64,000 nt of DNA from Actinomycetota bacterium (GTDB lineage Bacteria; Actinomycetota; Actinomycetes; Nanopelagicales; Nanopelagicaceae), in assembly GCA_016870975.1 (NCBI GenBank), contig VGAE01000001.1:69637-133636 (forward strand), in the 5' to 3' direction. Under the pieces are notes generated by a model. That model ran no database searches and had not been told where the DNA came from. It worked only from the letters and a program-made list of their open reading frames with translations. Positions 1 to 11,747 of the stretch are shown here, in pieces (within the stretch, counting starts at the first letter, position 1; each line of letters opens with the position of its first letter). Both the position numbers and the translations under genes were made by a program.

Positions 1-79
1 TTTCAGATGCGAGAGATCCCACTCCGTACTGGCTAATTAGTTCTCGAAAAGGTAAAACAATAAAAAATATTTTAGGAAT

Positions 80-373
80 TTAAGCGCAATCTTTACAAAC
101 AGCCTTAGTGCCCTCACCTCTTGCTAATTGAGTATGGTGGTGAACTAAGAAACACCTAGAACAGGTGAATTCATTTTCTTGTCGAGGAACCACCCGGACT
201 GCTAACTCTTCTCCAGATAGATCGGCTCCTGGCAACTCGACGTTCTCGGGATCTTCTTCATCAACATCTATCTGTCCTGATTGGGCTTCAGCGCGTTTGG
301 CTTTTAACTCTTCAAGAGATTCCTCATGGAGCTCTTCATCAGTTTTCCTGGGCGTGTCATAGTCGGTTGCCAT
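80..373 (-). CDS. DUF4193-family small protein (actinobacterial)
   Basis: 97-aa ORF with an acidic N-terminal half. The C-terminus has paired cysteines (FTCSRCFLVHH...AVCKDCA) as remembered for DUF4193. An AAGGTGGTGAG Shine-Dalgarno-like run lies directly upstream of the ATG. Confidence 0.65.
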   Translation of the reverse strand: MATDYDTPRKTDEELHEESLEELKAKRAEAQSGQIDVDEEDPENVELPGADLSGEELAVRVVPRQENEFTCSRCFLVHHHTQLARGEGTKAVCKDCA

Positions 374-461
374 TTCTCACCACCTTTTCAATATCGGTAC
401 TCGGGCGGATAATGCCCAATAACCTGCTGCTATGTCCTGCCCAACCTTCGGCGTGTCGAGA

Positions 462-1151
462 TTATTCCCGCCCGTTCTGAGCTCCTTTACGTTTACGAGC
501 CGCATCTCTACGCCAATTCTGGATTGCTCCGTGATTTCCTGAAAGAAGGACGTCAGGAACTGCTAATCCTCTCCAGATTGCAGGCTTGGTGTATACCGGA
601 TACTCCACTTCCCCGATTTCATTATGCGACTCCTCAAGCAGTGAATCTGGATTTCCAATTACGCCAGGTATTAATCGTGCAACTGCTTCGATTGTCACGA
701 GTGCAGCTCCTTCCCCGCCATTTATCACATAGTCACCTATAGAGATTTCATGCAGACGTATTCTTAAATGGGCTCGATAAAAATCTACGACGCGTGCATC
801 AATTCCTTCATATCGACCGCAAGCGAAAACTAAATGATTTGAAGTTGAGAGGGATTCAGCAGTTCTCTGATTAAAGACACTACCGGCGGGAGTTGGGAAT
901 ACTAAATCCAGCACCCCCTCATTTTTCGATAAGACTTCATCAATCGCATCTCCCCAAGGTTCGGGGCTCATCACCATGCCAGCGCCACCGCCATATGGAG
1001 TGTCATCTACGCTGCGACGGTTACCGGGCGCAAATTTACGTAAATCAATAGTTTCGAATTCGAGCGCTTCTTTTTCTATCGCCTTGCCAATTAGGGAAAG
1101 GCTCAAGGGTGCAAAATATTCTGGAAATATCGTTATCACAGTGAATTTCAT
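462..1151 (-). CDS. trmD: tRNA (guanine37-N1)-methyltransferase TrmD
   Basis: 229 aa with the TPYGGGAGMVM motif. Overlaps the rimM stop in the conserved rpsP-rimM-trmD operon. Confidence 0.95.
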   Translation of the reverse strand: MKFTVITIFPEYFAPLSLSLIGKAIEKEALEFETIDLRKFAPGNRRSVDDTPYGGGAGMVMSPEPWGDAIDEVLSKNEGVLDLVFPTPAGSVFNQRTAESLSTSNHLVFACGRYEGIDARVVDFYRAHLRIRLHEISIGDYVINGGEGAALVTIEAVARLIPGVIGNPDSLLEESHNEIGEVEYPVYTKPAIWRGLAVPDVLLSGNHGAIQNWRRDAARKRKGAQNGRE

Positions 1152-1648
1152 AATATGCCTTCAAAATTATCAATTATCAGTTCCGAGGTGTCAAAGTTAA
1201 TCGTTGGAACATGCTTTGTGACAAATGGAATCAAAATCTCGCCCGAGGATGTCTTTACAACTAAAGTATCGTGAGCTGGATGGTCGAGCACATCGACGAC
1301 CACTCCAATTAGTTCACCATTTAATTTCGTTGCTTTTATCCCAACAATTTGGGAGATATGAAACTCATTCGAGCCACGATCAGGTTTAGTTATCTCAATT
1401 TCAGCAAGTAGCTTTGTACCTCGCAGCGATTCTGCAGCGCTTCGGTCTTGCTTGCCAGCAAATGAAAGGAGCACTATCCCGTTATTCTCCCGCGATGTTT
1501 CAATAAGTAGTGGCCCGCGGTCAGATGGATCGGTTTGAAGTTGCTTTCCAATTTGGAATCGCAACTCAGGTTTATCAGTCAACGATTCAATAGTGACTTC
1601 ACCCCGTAATCCGTGGGTGCGGCCGATTCGACCAATGACCAACAGCAA
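1148..1648 (-). CDS. rimM: 16S rRNA processing protein RimM
   Basis: 166 aa. The N-terminal IGRIGRTHGLRGEV is typical of RimM, and it sits between the KH protein and trmD. Confidence 0.9.
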   Translation of the reverse strand: MLLVIGRIGRTHGLRGEVTIESLTDKPELRFQIGKQLQTDPSDRGPLLIETSRENNGIVLLSFAGKQDRSAAESLRGTKLLAEIEITKPDRGSNEFHISQIVGIKATKLNGELIGVVVDVLDHPAHDTLVVKTSSGEILIPFVTKHVPTINFDTSELIIDNFEGIL

Positions 1649-1888
1649 CTAGCGCACTTCGTCAGCCTCGATCAGATCAACTCTCACGCTTCTGCCTGCG
1701 AGAGCTGAGACAACCGTACGTAACGCTTTCGCGGTACGACCATTGCGACCGATTACCTTGCCGATATCGTCTGGGTGCACACGAACTTCTAATGTAGTAC
1801 CGCGTCTACCATCAAGTTCGGTTATGACAACTTCTTCAGGATTATCGACGATTCCTTTTACGAGATGCCCTAGAGCTTCGTCAATCAT
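1649..1888 (-). CDS. KH-domain RNA-binding protein (YlqC/UPF0109-like)
   Basis: 79 aa with a KH GXXG-type motif (VIGRNGRTAKALRTV). Conserved position between rpsP and rimM. Confidence 0.85.
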   Translation of the reverse strand: MIDEALGHLVKGIVDNPEEVVITELDGRRGTTLEVRVHPDDIGKVIGRNGRTAKALRTVVSALAGRSVRVDLIEADEVR

Positions 1889-1890
1889 CT

Positions 1891-2433
1891 CTACTCTCCT
1901 GGTGTTTCAGCTACTGCTTCAGCAGCAGGTGTTTCGTCCGCGGAAACTTCAACCGGGGTCGCTTCAGGAGTTTCAGTAACTGGTTCTGCGACAGCTTCGG
2001 CTGATTCTGAAACTTCAACTGGCGCGCTCTTCGCCGCTAACTTCTCGGCCGCACGCTTCTTCATAGTTGTCGCGCCATCTTTCGGCTCGTTCATTGCTGC
2101 TTTGACGGCCGCTTCGTAAGCGACGCGCTTCTCTGGTCGAGCCGGAATCGTCTTTAGGGTTCCTTCACCGCCTGCGATACCTTTAAATTTCTGCCAATCG
2201 CCAGTAATTTTTAGTAGAGCAGCAACAGCCTCTGTTGGCTGCGCACCTTGCTTCAACCAATGTTGGGCGCGCTCAGAGTTTACTTGAATTAATGAAGGAT
2301 CTGAGGCTGGAGAATAGCGACCGATTTCTTCAATCTTGAGTCCGTTTCTCGCCTTACGTGAATCGGCTACCACAATTCGATAGTGCGGAGTGCGGATCTT
2401 TCCGAGTCGCACCAATCTGATCTTTACTGCCAA
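1891..2433 (-). CDS. rpsP: 30S ribosomal protein S16 with Ala/Glu/Pro/Thr-rich C-terminal extension
   Basis: [30 protein letters not shown] is the S16 core. The track ORF starts at ATG 2472. A TTG at 2433 gives the canonical M-AVKIRL N-terminus and lies 5 nt after a GAGGAG Shine-Dalgarno run, so that start is preferred. Confidence 0.9.
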   Translation of the reverse strand: MAVKIRLVRLGKIRTPHYRIVVADSRKARNGLKIEEIGRYSPASDPSLIQVNSERAQHWLKQGAQPTEAVAALLKITGDWQKFKGIAGGEGTLKTIPARPEKRVAYEAAVKAAMNEPKDGATTMKKRAAEKLAAKSAPVEVSESAEAVAEPVTETPEATPVEVSADETPAAEAVAETPGE

Positions 2434-2584
2434 AGCTTGCTCCTCATTAGTTTCGTTCGATGATCTCGCCAAGGGGATGCCATGGCAGTACCGCTCGAAC
2501 TTTTTGGTTGCCGGTCAAGAGATAGAGGGCTCTTGAACAGGGGCCTTATCTTGCCATGCGTTAGGGGAAATCCCAATTTCTTAA

Positions 2585-4003
2585 CTATCGGCTCTCCTCT
2601 TGAGCGCGTTTCGCCGGATTGCCCGAGCGAGATTTCTTCTTTGGCGCTGTTGGCTTAACTACTTGTGGCGAGATCGGCAGACCTGCCCCGCCGTTCTTCA
2701 TCTGCTTCATCATCTTTGCCGCCGCATCAAAGCGATCGACTAAGTTATTTACCTCAGTTACGGTGCGACCGCTACCTTTTGCAATTCGAGTTCTTCGCGA
2801 TCCATTAAGAATTTTCGGTTCTCTACGTTCTTGTGGAGTCATGCTCTGCACAATCGCCTTGGTGCGAACTAACTCGTCATCATCTATTGCGGCCAACTGC
2901 TTCTTCATAGTTGCTCTATTTGCGCCTGGAAGAAGTCCTAATACTTTAGAGATTGATCCCATCTTCTGCATGGCTTGAATCTGCTGGAGGAAGTCTTCTA
3001 AGGTAAAAGTCTCGCCAGATAAGAATTTATCTTTCAATCGCTTCGCGGTATCTGTATCCACCACTCGTTTCGCTTGTTCAGCCAGAGTTTGAATATCGCC
3101 TAGTCCAAGAATTCGAGATGCCATTCGCTCTGGATAGAAATAGTCAAAATCGCCAGTTCTTTCGCCATTCGAAATGAAGAGAATTGGCTTGCTCGTCTCT
3201 TCTGTGATGGATAGCGCTGCGCCGCCTTTGGCATCGCCATCCATTTTGGTCATGACTATGGCGTCGAAATTGACTCCGCGATCAAAAGCCTGTGCCGTTC
3301 GAATTGCATCTTGGCCAATCATGGCGTCTACGACAAAAAGAATTTCATCTGGCTTAGTTGCATCTCGAATAGAACGTACTTGCGCCATCATCTCTTCATC
3401 GACGCCCAATCTTCCCGCTGTGTCAATTATGACGACATTGTGAAATTTCGATCTCGCTTGCGCAATACCATCTTTTGCAACTTTTACCGGATTGCCCGCT
3501 CCATTGCCTAGCTCAGGTGCATAGATAGGAACCCCAATTCCATTTGCGATTACTGTAAGTTGATTAACAGCATTAGGCCTCTGTAAGTCTGCGGCGACTA
3601 GTAATGGAGTATTACCCGAATCCCTCAAGAAAGCAGCTAACTTCCCAGCGAGTGAGGTTTTTCCGGCTCCCTGTAATCCGGCAAGCATGATTACCGTTGG
3701 TGGCTTCTTTGCGAATTTTAAGCGGCGGCCTGCGCCACCCAGGATTCTGACCAGCTCGCGTTGCACGATCGAGTAGATCTCTTGAGAGGGATTGGTGCTC
3801 TGTTTAAGCGTTTCTAAATTTACTCTCGCCTCATTTTGAATCCGCTCAACAAACTTATCTGAAACGGTTCGTGCAACATCAGAATCGATTAAAGCGTCTC
3901 GGATCTCATCGCAAACTGCGGCGATTTCTCCCTCTCCAATCCGTCCTCTGCCTCGCAGAGTTGCGAAGGCGGTTTGGAACTTTTCAGAGAGGGAGTTGAA
4001 CAC
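2585..4003 (-). CDS. ffh: Signal recognition particle protein Ffh
   Basis: 472 aa with GLQGAGKTS, DTAGR and TKMDGDAKGGAALS GTPase motifs. Met-rich M-domain and basic tail. Confidence 0.95.
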   Translation of the reverse strand: MFNSLSEKFQTAFATLRGRGRIGEGEIAAVCDEIRDALIDSDVARTVSDKFVERIQNEARVNLETLKQSTNPSQEIYSIVQRELVRILGGAGRRLKFAKKPPTVIMLAGLQGAGKTSLAGKLAAFLRDSGNTPLLVAADLQRPNAVNQLTVIANGIGVPIYAPELGNGAGNPVKVAKDGIAQARSKFHNVVIIDTAGRLGVDEEMMAQVRSIRDATKPDEILFVVDAMIGQDAIRTAQAFDRGVNFDAIVMTKMDGDAKGGAALSITEETSKPILFISNGERTGDFDYFYPERMASRILGLGDIQTLAEQAKRVVDTDTAKRLKDKFLSGETFTLEDFLQQIQAMQKMGSISKVLGLLPGANRATMKKQLAAIDDDELVRTKAIVQSMTPQERREPKILNGSRRTRIAKGSGRTVTEVNNLVDRFDAAAKMMKQMKNGGAGLPISPQVVKPTAPKKKSRSGNPAKRAQEESR

Positions 4004-4015
4004 GCGACGAGCTTA

Positions 4016-5655
<1,640 letters not shown>

Positions 5656-5738
5656 TGAAAACTCCTAGACCTTAAAGGTTCTTCTGCCCAGAGGGCCGAT
5701 CCACTCACCGTTGAGTATGCGCAGTCTCAAGGCGCGGA

Positions 5739-5770
5739 GTTACGGCTAATCGCGCCCGCGGTTACGGCTA
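5739..5770 (-). promoter_or_regulatory. Candidate GlnR-type operator: direct repeat GTTACGGCTA x2
   Basis: Identical 10-mers at 5739-5748 and 5761-5770, start-to-start 22 bp, 84-115 bp upstream of the amtB ATG. On the gene strand each repeat contains GTAAC, which fits the gTnAc half of the Streptomyces GlnR box. The 22-bp period equals the a-site to a-site spacing. The expected GaAAc b-sites are poor. Confidence 0.35.
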
Positions 5771-6604
5771 TGTAAAAAGATTCTTCAGGTAACTATCCGG
5801 GTCAAAATCCGAGAGGTCGGTGAGGCCCTCTCCAAAACCGATTAATTTCACCGGCACCTGAAGCTCCCGCTCTACCGCCAGGGCAATTCCCCCGCTTGCT
5901 GAGCCATCCAGTTTTGTGACCACTATTCCGGTAATTCCAATTGCCTCATGGAAAACTTTCGCTTGCGCAATTCCATTTTGGCCGGTGGTTCCATCCAAAA
6001 TAAAAAGTTTTTCATCTATTGGCGAAACCTTGGAGACAACTCTCTCAATTTTTCCTAATTCTTGCATCAGATTCTCTTTGTTGTGCAACCTTCCCGCGGT
6101 ATCGATAATCAATACTTCGCTCTTTTCATCAATTGCTGACCCCACCGCATTAAAAGCTACTGAGGCAGGGTCTGCATTTTCCTTCCCTACAACTATCGGA
6201 ACGCTAATTCTTCTTGCCCACGTGCTTAACTGGTCGACTGCAGCAGCTCTAAAGGTATCGCACGCCGCCAAAGTTATGGATTTACCTGAAAGTTTCAACT
6301 TATTTGCAATCTTGGCAACCGTTGTAGTCTTTCCGGTTCCATTGACTCCAGTAATAAGAATAGTTGTTAACCTCTCTGAACTAATTTGCAGGCTACGCGG
6401 AGCGTGCGAGAGCGACTCCTTTATCGAGGTAATGATTTGCTCTTGCAAATCCGTTCTTTCGGTTTTTCTTGCAATCTCAAGTATTTGATCTGCATAAACT
6501 CTGCCGAAATCCGCATCAATCAATAGCTCACGAAACTCAGTTAGTTCATCTGGAGAGATTTTGGTTAGGTTAAATTTAGCGAAAAAATCGCCGAGCTTGC
6601 CCAT
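5768..6604 (-). CDS. ftsY: Signal recognition particle receptor FtsY (short form, NG domain only)
   Basis: 278 aa with GVNGTGKTTT, DTAGRLHNK and TKLDGSASGG motifs. No acidic A-domain. Confidence 0.9.
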   Translation of the reverse strand: MGKLGDFFAKFNLTKISPDELTEFRELLIDADFGRVYADQILEIARKTERTDLQEQIITSIKESLSHAPRSLQISSERLTTILITGVNGTGKTTTVAKIANKLKLSGKSITLAACDTFRAAAVDQLSTWARRISVPIVVGKENADPASVAFNAVGSAIDEKSEVLIIDTAGRLHNKENLMQELGKIERVVSKVSPIDEKLFILDGTTGQNGIAQAKVFHEAIGITGIVVTKLDGSASGGIALAVERELQVPVKLIGFGEGLTDLSDFDPDSYLKNLFT

Positions 6605-6606
6605 CC

Positions 6607-9600
6607 CTAAACCGATTCAGTTTCGACCTCGCGTAAGCGTTGCGAGATCACTTCAGAGACGCCATCGCCGCGCATCGTAACTCCGTAGAGAGAGTCAGCA
6701 ATCTCCATTGTTCGCTTCTGATGAGTAATTACGATCAACTGAGAAGCAGTTCGCAATTCCTCTAGAACTACGAGTAATCGGCCCAAGTTCGCATCATCCA
6801 GCGCTGCTTCAACCTCATCCATTACATAAAACGGACTAGGCCTTGCTTTGAAAATCGCAATTAGCAGAGCAACTGCCGTTAGCGAACGTTCACCGCCAGA
6901 GAGAAGAGAGAGGCGTTTGATTCGTTTCCCTGGAGGTCTCGCTTCAACATCGACTCCAGAATGCAATAGATCGCTTGGATCGGTAAGTATGAGTCGACCC
7001 TCGCCACCTGGGAATAGGCGAGCGAATATCTTCTCAAACTCACGCGCCGTATCTCTATAGGCTTCTTCAAAAATTTGTTGAACTCTGTCATCAACTTCTT
7101 TGATGATATCTAGCAGGTCTTTCTTAGACTTCTTTAGATCTTCAAGTTGCTCCATAAGATACTTTAAACGCTCTTCTAATGATGAGAATTCTTCAAGTGC
7201 CAGAGGATTAATTTTTCCAAGGAGGGCTAGAGATTTTTCGGCACCTGCTAAGCGCTTCTCTTGTTGTTCTCTCCTAAATGGAACTAGTTCGCCTTGTTGT
7301 AACTCACCCTGTTCATCTTCGATAAATGTTGGAACATCATTTTGCGGTCCAAACTCAGCCACTAAGAACTGTGAATCTACTCCAAACTCTTCCCTTGCCT
7401 TTATTTCTAACTGCTCTATTCGTAGCCTCTGCTCGGCTCTGGCTATCTCATCCCTGTGGACGCTTGAAGTTAACTGTTCAAGTTCAATCGCTAAATCTCT
7501 AATTTGGGCGCGAACACTGAGAATTTCGCCATCGCGCGCACCTCTAGATTCTTCTAATCTTGTCCGCTCATGATTTGCGCGAGAAATAGAGTTTTCTATC
7601 TGGATAAGCGCCTCATACGCAGCATCTGCAATCGCCTGAGCAGTAAGGGCACCTCGGGCTCGTGACTCTCTACGTAATATTTGTCGAATCGTCGCCTCGC
7701 GTTCGGCGCTCGCCGATTGCTCAAGGCTCGAGGCACGTTCTGCAATTGCGTTAGCCCGCTCTTCAATAGTTCTTAGGCCTAATCTTGCCTCCACCTCAAG
7801 GGCTCTAGCCGTAGCAACCGAGGCGCGCAAATTTTCTAACAAACTAGTATCTGGAGAGTTGGGTAGCTCGCCCGATACAAACTCGCGTTCGGCAATCGCC
7901 AACTCTGATTGATCGCCATTCATGCTGTTCTTTACTTCAACGAGAGAACCTTCAATTCTCGCTATCTCAGCGGTTCCGCCCTTCACATTCTGACTTGCTG
8001 CCGCCATCTCCTCGGCTAACCCTGCCATGCGAGCATCTGACTCATTTAGTCGAGCGAGCGCCTCGTCATATCGGCGTTGCTTTTCTCGGACCTCGCCTTG
8101 CAGTGTCGAATTTTCAAAAACAAATCGCTCACATTCATGGTTCGTTTTGGCCAATTCAATTTCACTATTCTCAATCAAAGTTGTAATTTCGATGAGAGAG
8201 GCGGAACGGGTAGATCCACCTCGAGCTCGGCCTCGGCCAATTAGATCTCCATCGCGAGTCACCGCAATGAGATCGCTATTGCGGCTAATTAGCGGCTCAG
8301 CCTCTGGAAGAGCGTCAATTGCAACATAGCCCGCAAGCAGTTTCTGCAGAATAGAGTCAAGGGTAGATGTCGTAATTTTCGAGATTAATGGCGTTGCTCT
8401 TGCCGGATATTGATAGGCCTTAGGTTCTTCGTCTGCCAAAATTAGGAGTTCTGCGCTTCCGGCATTCTCACCCTTTAGGAAGGTTAGAGCGGTAATTGCG
8501 CTTGAATCATCATTGACTACCAATGCATCAGCAAAATTGCCCAACGCCGAAGTGATTGCAGCCTCCCATCCAGGTTCAACTTTTATCAACGAGGCAACGC
8601 TGCCGCGGACATTTATCCCCCGGCCATTATTTAATAGTGCTCCACTACCATCTTTATGTAGCGTAGCTTGTCTTAAGGCATCAACTTTGGCGCCAATAGC
8701 TGCTCGCTTGCGTTCAGATTCGATTAGGCCTTCTTGATTCTTCTCTAATCTAGCCTTTGCATCCTCGAGTTCAGATTTAGATTTTTCAAAATCTGCATCA
8801 AGGCCTCTCTCGTTCACTCCAAGTCCTGCAATTTGATTTTCCAATTCCACAAATTCTTTTCGGGCAATTTCGACTCTATTCTTTGCCTCTGCTAGAGCGG
8901 AATCCAATCTACTTATTTCCGCGGCAGCGCTAGCAATGGCAGATTGCAAACTTTTAATATGCCCCTCTTGTCTTGCCGTACCCTCACGATAATCTGCAAT
9001 TGCACGGAACGCAGCGGCCACCCGATCCTCTTCGGATTTAAGGCGTACTTCTAAAGCATTTAAATTTCTACTAGCACCATCTAATTCCTCTTGTGACCTT
9101 AGAATTGACTCCCGAAGCACAGATTCCTCTTGTCGCAAACTTCGGGCTTCAGATTCCATGACTTCTGGATCTCTGCCGCTGGAACGAGCCTCTTCGACTT
9201 CTTCCGCAAGAAATCTTGCCCGCTCTGAAGCCAAATTCTGAGTACCACGCAATTTCTCACGCTGTGCCGTCAAGTTATAGTAATTATCTTGCGCTGCAGT
9301 TAGTTGTGGTCCCTCTTCAATAGCTAATTTGTCTAATTCAACTTCTCGATTTCGTGATCGATCAAGGCTTTGTTCAACTTCAGATCGTCGCTCCCTGAGC
9401 GCAGTTTCATCTGCAACTTCAAGTGAGAGAATTGCTTTCAGATTTATTACATCATCCGCTAATAGTCTTAATCGAGCATCGCGAACTTCCGCTTGAATCA
9501 CAGCGGCTCTCTTTGCTACTTCTGCTTGCTTACCAAGAGGTCGAAGCTGACGGCGTAATTCATTAGTTAAATCTTGAACTCGCGACATATTGGACTGCAT

Positions 9601-10149
9601 GGAGTCCAACTTTCGCAGCGCCTTTTCCTTTCGTTTACGATGTTTAAGGATGCCTGTGGCCTCTTCAATAAAACCTCTTCGCTCTTCAGGATTGGCTACC
9701 AGAATCGCATCAAGTTGGCCTTGGCCGACAATTACATGCATTTCGCGACCAATACCGCTATCACTTAGTAATTCTTGAATATCAAGCAAGCGAACACTTT
9801 CACCATTGATCTGATAATCGCTCTGTCCATTTCTAAAAAGAGTTCTGGAAATGGTTACTTCAGTAAAGTCGATAGGAAGGACGCCGTCAGTGTTATCTAT
9901 TGTTACTGCCACCTCAGCACGCCCTAACGGCGCTCTGCCAGAAGTCCCAGCAAAAATGACATCTTCCATCTTGCCACCGCGCAGACTCTTTGCACCCTGT
10001 TCTCCCATAACCCAGGTGAGCGCATCAACCACATTGCTCTTTCCCGAACCGTTAGGTCCAACAATGCAGGTTATTCCAGGCTCAAAGCGGAGAGTCGTCG
10101 GAGCAGCAAAGGACTTGAAGCCCTTCAAGGTCATAATCTTCAAATACAC
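6607..10149 (-). CDS. smc: Chromosome partition protein Smc
   Basis: 1180 aa. Walker A GPNGSGKSN, long coiled coils, hinge, LSGGE signature, Walker B FYVMDEVEAALD. Confidence 0.95.
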   Translation of the reverse strand: MYLKIMTLKGFKSFAAPTTLRFEPGITCIVGPNGSGKSNVVDALTWVMGEQGAKSLRGGKMEDVIFAGTSGRAPLGRAEVAVTIDNTDGVLPIDFTEVTISRTLFRNGQSDYQINGESVRLLDIQELLSDSGIGREMHVIVGQGQLDAILVANPEERRGFIEEATGILKHRKRKEKALRKLDSMQSNMSRVQDLTNELRRQLRPLGKQAEVAKRAAVIQAEVRDARLRLLADDVINLKAILSLEVADETALRERRSEVEQSLDRSRNREVELDKLAIEEGPQLTAAQDNYYNLTAQREKLRGTQNLASERARFLAEEVEEARSSGRDPEVMESEARSLRQEESVLRESILRSQEELDGASRNLNALEVRLKSEEDRVAAAFRAIADYREGTARQEGHIKSLQSAIASAAAEISRLDSALAEAKNRVEIARKEFVELENQIAGLGVNERGLDADFEKSKSELEDAKARLEKNQEGLIESERKRAAIGAKVDALRQATLHKDGSGALLNNGRGINVRGSVASLIKVEPGWEAAITSALGNFADALVVNDDSSAITALTFLKGENAGSAELLILADEEPKAYQYPARATPLISKITTSTLDSILQKLLAGYVAIDALPEAEPLISRNSDLIAVTRDGDLIGRGRARGGSTRSASLIEITTLIENSEIELAKTNHECERFVFENSTLQGEVREKQRRYDEALARLNESDARMAGLAEEMAAASQNVKGGTAEIARIEGSLVEVKNSMNGDQSELAIAEREFVSGELPNSPDTSLLENLRASVATARALEVEARLGLRTIEERANAIAERASSLEQSASAEREATIRQILRRESRARGALTAQAIADAAYEALIQIENSISRANHERTRLEESRGARDGEILSVRAQIRDLAIELEQLTSSVHRDEIARAEQRLRIEQLEIKAREEFGVDSQFLVAEFGPQNDVPTFIEDEQGELQQGELVPFRREQQEKRLAGAEKSLALLGKINPLALEEFSSLEERLKYLMEQLEDLKKSKKDLLDIIKEVDDRVQQIFEEAYRDTAREFEKIFARLFPGGEGRLILTDPSDLLHSGVDVEARPPGKRIKRLSLLSGGERSLTAVALLIAIFKARPSPFYVMDEVEAALDDANLGRLLVVLEELRTASQLIVITHQKRTMEIADSLYGVTMRGDGVSEVISQRLREVETESV

Positions 10150-10158
10150 ATGTATAAC

Positions 10159-11061
10159 CTAGCGGGAAGAGCGTTTACTGCCCCGATTTCCGACCCCATT
10201 CTTGCCCAGTTTTGATTTTGTTCGCGGTGCCTGTTGGCATAGCGGGCAGAAATGAGAGGCGCGATTGGCAAATGTGATACGCCGAATACTTGTCCCACAT
10301 CTGCTGCATGGCTCCCCTTCGCGTCCATAAGCCTTGAGAGATATCTCGTAATAACCGCTCTCTCCATTTACATCTATATATAGATCATCGAAACTAGTAC
10401 CGCCCCGCTTAAGCGAATTGTTCATAACTTTAGTTGCATTTCTAATAAGAGTTCGTAACTCACTTTGAGGAATTGATTCAATCTTTCGCTCTGGGTGAAT
10501 TCGTGAAAACCAAAGTGCTTCATCAGCGTAAATGTTGCCTATCCCACTAATTATTTTTTGGTTTAGGAGGGCTCGCTTTATCTCAGTTTTCCGATCACTT
10601 AGTCGCCTTACTGCTTCTTCAAGATTGAAGTTTGAATCGAATGGATCTTGAGCGACATGTAAACAGCACTCGGGAATCTCACCACTGGGCGTGTCAATCA
10701 GCTCATCAATCGAAAGCCATCCAAAAGTCCTCTGGTCGACAAATCTAAATTCTGCCGAGGATCCTGCGAATCGAATTATCGCCCTAACGTGCGGTGAAAC
10801 GGTTTTTTTCTTAGAGGTAATAAGCATCTGGCCGCTCATGCCCAGGTGCCCCACTATCGCATTTCCTCGATCCAAACTAAACCATAAATACTTCCCACGC
10901 CGATAAACATTCTCAATTTTCGCTCCGACTGCATTTTCAAGACTTTGCTCACTATTTCTATTCACACGTGGATGCAAGATTTGAATTTCAGCGATTTTAG
11001 ATTTTGGTAAAAACTTAACTAAGCCTCTTCGAACCGTCTCGACTTCTGGCAGTTCTGGCAT
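10159..11061 (-). CDS. mutM: Formamidopyrimidine-DNA glycosylase
   Basis: MPELPEVE N-terminus and a C-terminal zinc finger CSRCG...CPLCQ. Confidence 0.95.
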   Translation of the reverse strand: MPELPEVETVRRGLVKFLPKSKIAEIQILHPRVNRNSEQSLENAVGAKIENVYRRGKYLWFSLDRGNAIVGHLGMSGQMLITSKKKTVSPHVRAIIRFAGSSAEFRFVDQRTFGWLSIDELIDTPSGEIPECCLHVAQDPFDSNFNLEEAVRRLSDRKTEIKRALLNQKIISGIGNIYADEALWFSRIHPERKIESIPQSELRTLIRNATKVMNNSLKRGGTSFDDLYIDVNGESGYYEISLKAYGREGEPCSRCGTSIRRITFANRASHFCPLCQQAPRTKSKLGKNGVGNRGSKRSSR

Positions 11062-11063
11062 GG

Positions 11064-11747
11064 CTATATCTTCTTAGATAATTCCTCGTATGCAAGTCGT
11101 GCGGCCTCTTGCTCTGCCTCTCTCTTGCTTTTTCCACTTCCAGACTTATATGCGCTGCCATTCACAATAGCTACTGCCTCAAAACTTTTATCATGATCAG
11201 GTCCGGATTCAATAACTCGATATTCTGGGGTCGGCCATCCGGCGGCAGCTACTAATTCTTGTAGAGCAGTCTTTCCATCCAATCCCGAACCTCTGCTTAT
11301 GGCCTCTTCAATTACTTCTTTCATCAAATTTAGAATTACTTTACGACAAACTTCAAAACCAAGATCGAGATAGATCGCTCCAACCAACGCTTCAAATGCA
11401 TCAGCCAAAATAGAATTTTTATCTCTTCCGCCAGTTAGTTCCTCACCTTTTCCGATGAGAAGAGCCGAGCCAAGTTCTAAAGATCGGGCAATTGAAGCAA
11501 GCGCCCGCATATTGACGACCCCAGAACGCAAAGGGGATAAACGAGATTCATCTAGATCTGGAAATCTTTCGTAGAGCTCTTCGGTAACAACCAACCCAAG
11601 AACGCTATCTCCAAGAAACTCAAGACGCTCATTTGTAGGTAACCCACCAAACTCGTAAGCATAAGAACGATGAGTTAGCACGAGCTTTAAACGCTCTGGA
11701 CTAATCGATACTCCGAGTTTTTCATCGAAAGCCCAGGACAGAATCAA
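11064..11747 (-). CDS. rnc: Ribonuclease III
   Basis: ERLEFLGDSVL signature and a C-terminal dsRBD. The TTG start overlaps the rpmF stop, so the exact start is uncertain. Confidence 0.9.
   Translation of the reverse strand: MILSWAFDEKLGVSISPERLKLVLTHRSYAYEFGGLPTNERLEFLGDSVLGLVVTEELYERFPDLDESRLSPLRSGVVNMRALASIARSLELGSALLIGKGEELTGGRDKNSILADAFEALVGAIYLDLGFEVCRKVILNLMKEVIEEAISRGSGLDGKTALQELVAAAGWPTPEYRVIESGPDHDKSFEAVAIVNGSAYKSGSGKSKREAEQEAARLAYEELSKKI

Noticed and set aside
2434-2472. N-terminal extension of S16 ([13 protein letters not shown]) in the track ORF. There is a similar 23-codon extension of L28 at 16315-16383.
   Set aside because: In both cases a downstream start gives the canonical ribosomal protein N-terminus and is preceded by a good Shine-Dalgarno sequence. 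The extensions are artefacts of longest-ORF calling.
5916-6488. 190-aa plus-strand ORF antisense to ftsY. Similar long antisense ORFs lie at 7100-7573 (smc), 18584-19033 (gpsA), 47871-48311 (etfB), 52651-53238 (GH25) and 59910-60440 (dnaG).
   Set aside because: Each lies entirely inside a confidently identified gene on the other strand. Each translates to Ser/Pro/Ile-rich sequence with no recognisable motif or ribosome-binding site. These are typical shadow ORFs produced by codon bias.
10140-10367. 75-aa minus-strand ORF overlapping the mutM 3' end and the smc start.
   Set aside because: It is out of frame within mutM, which has an intact zinc finger encoded by the same DNA. It has no motif and no independent signal.
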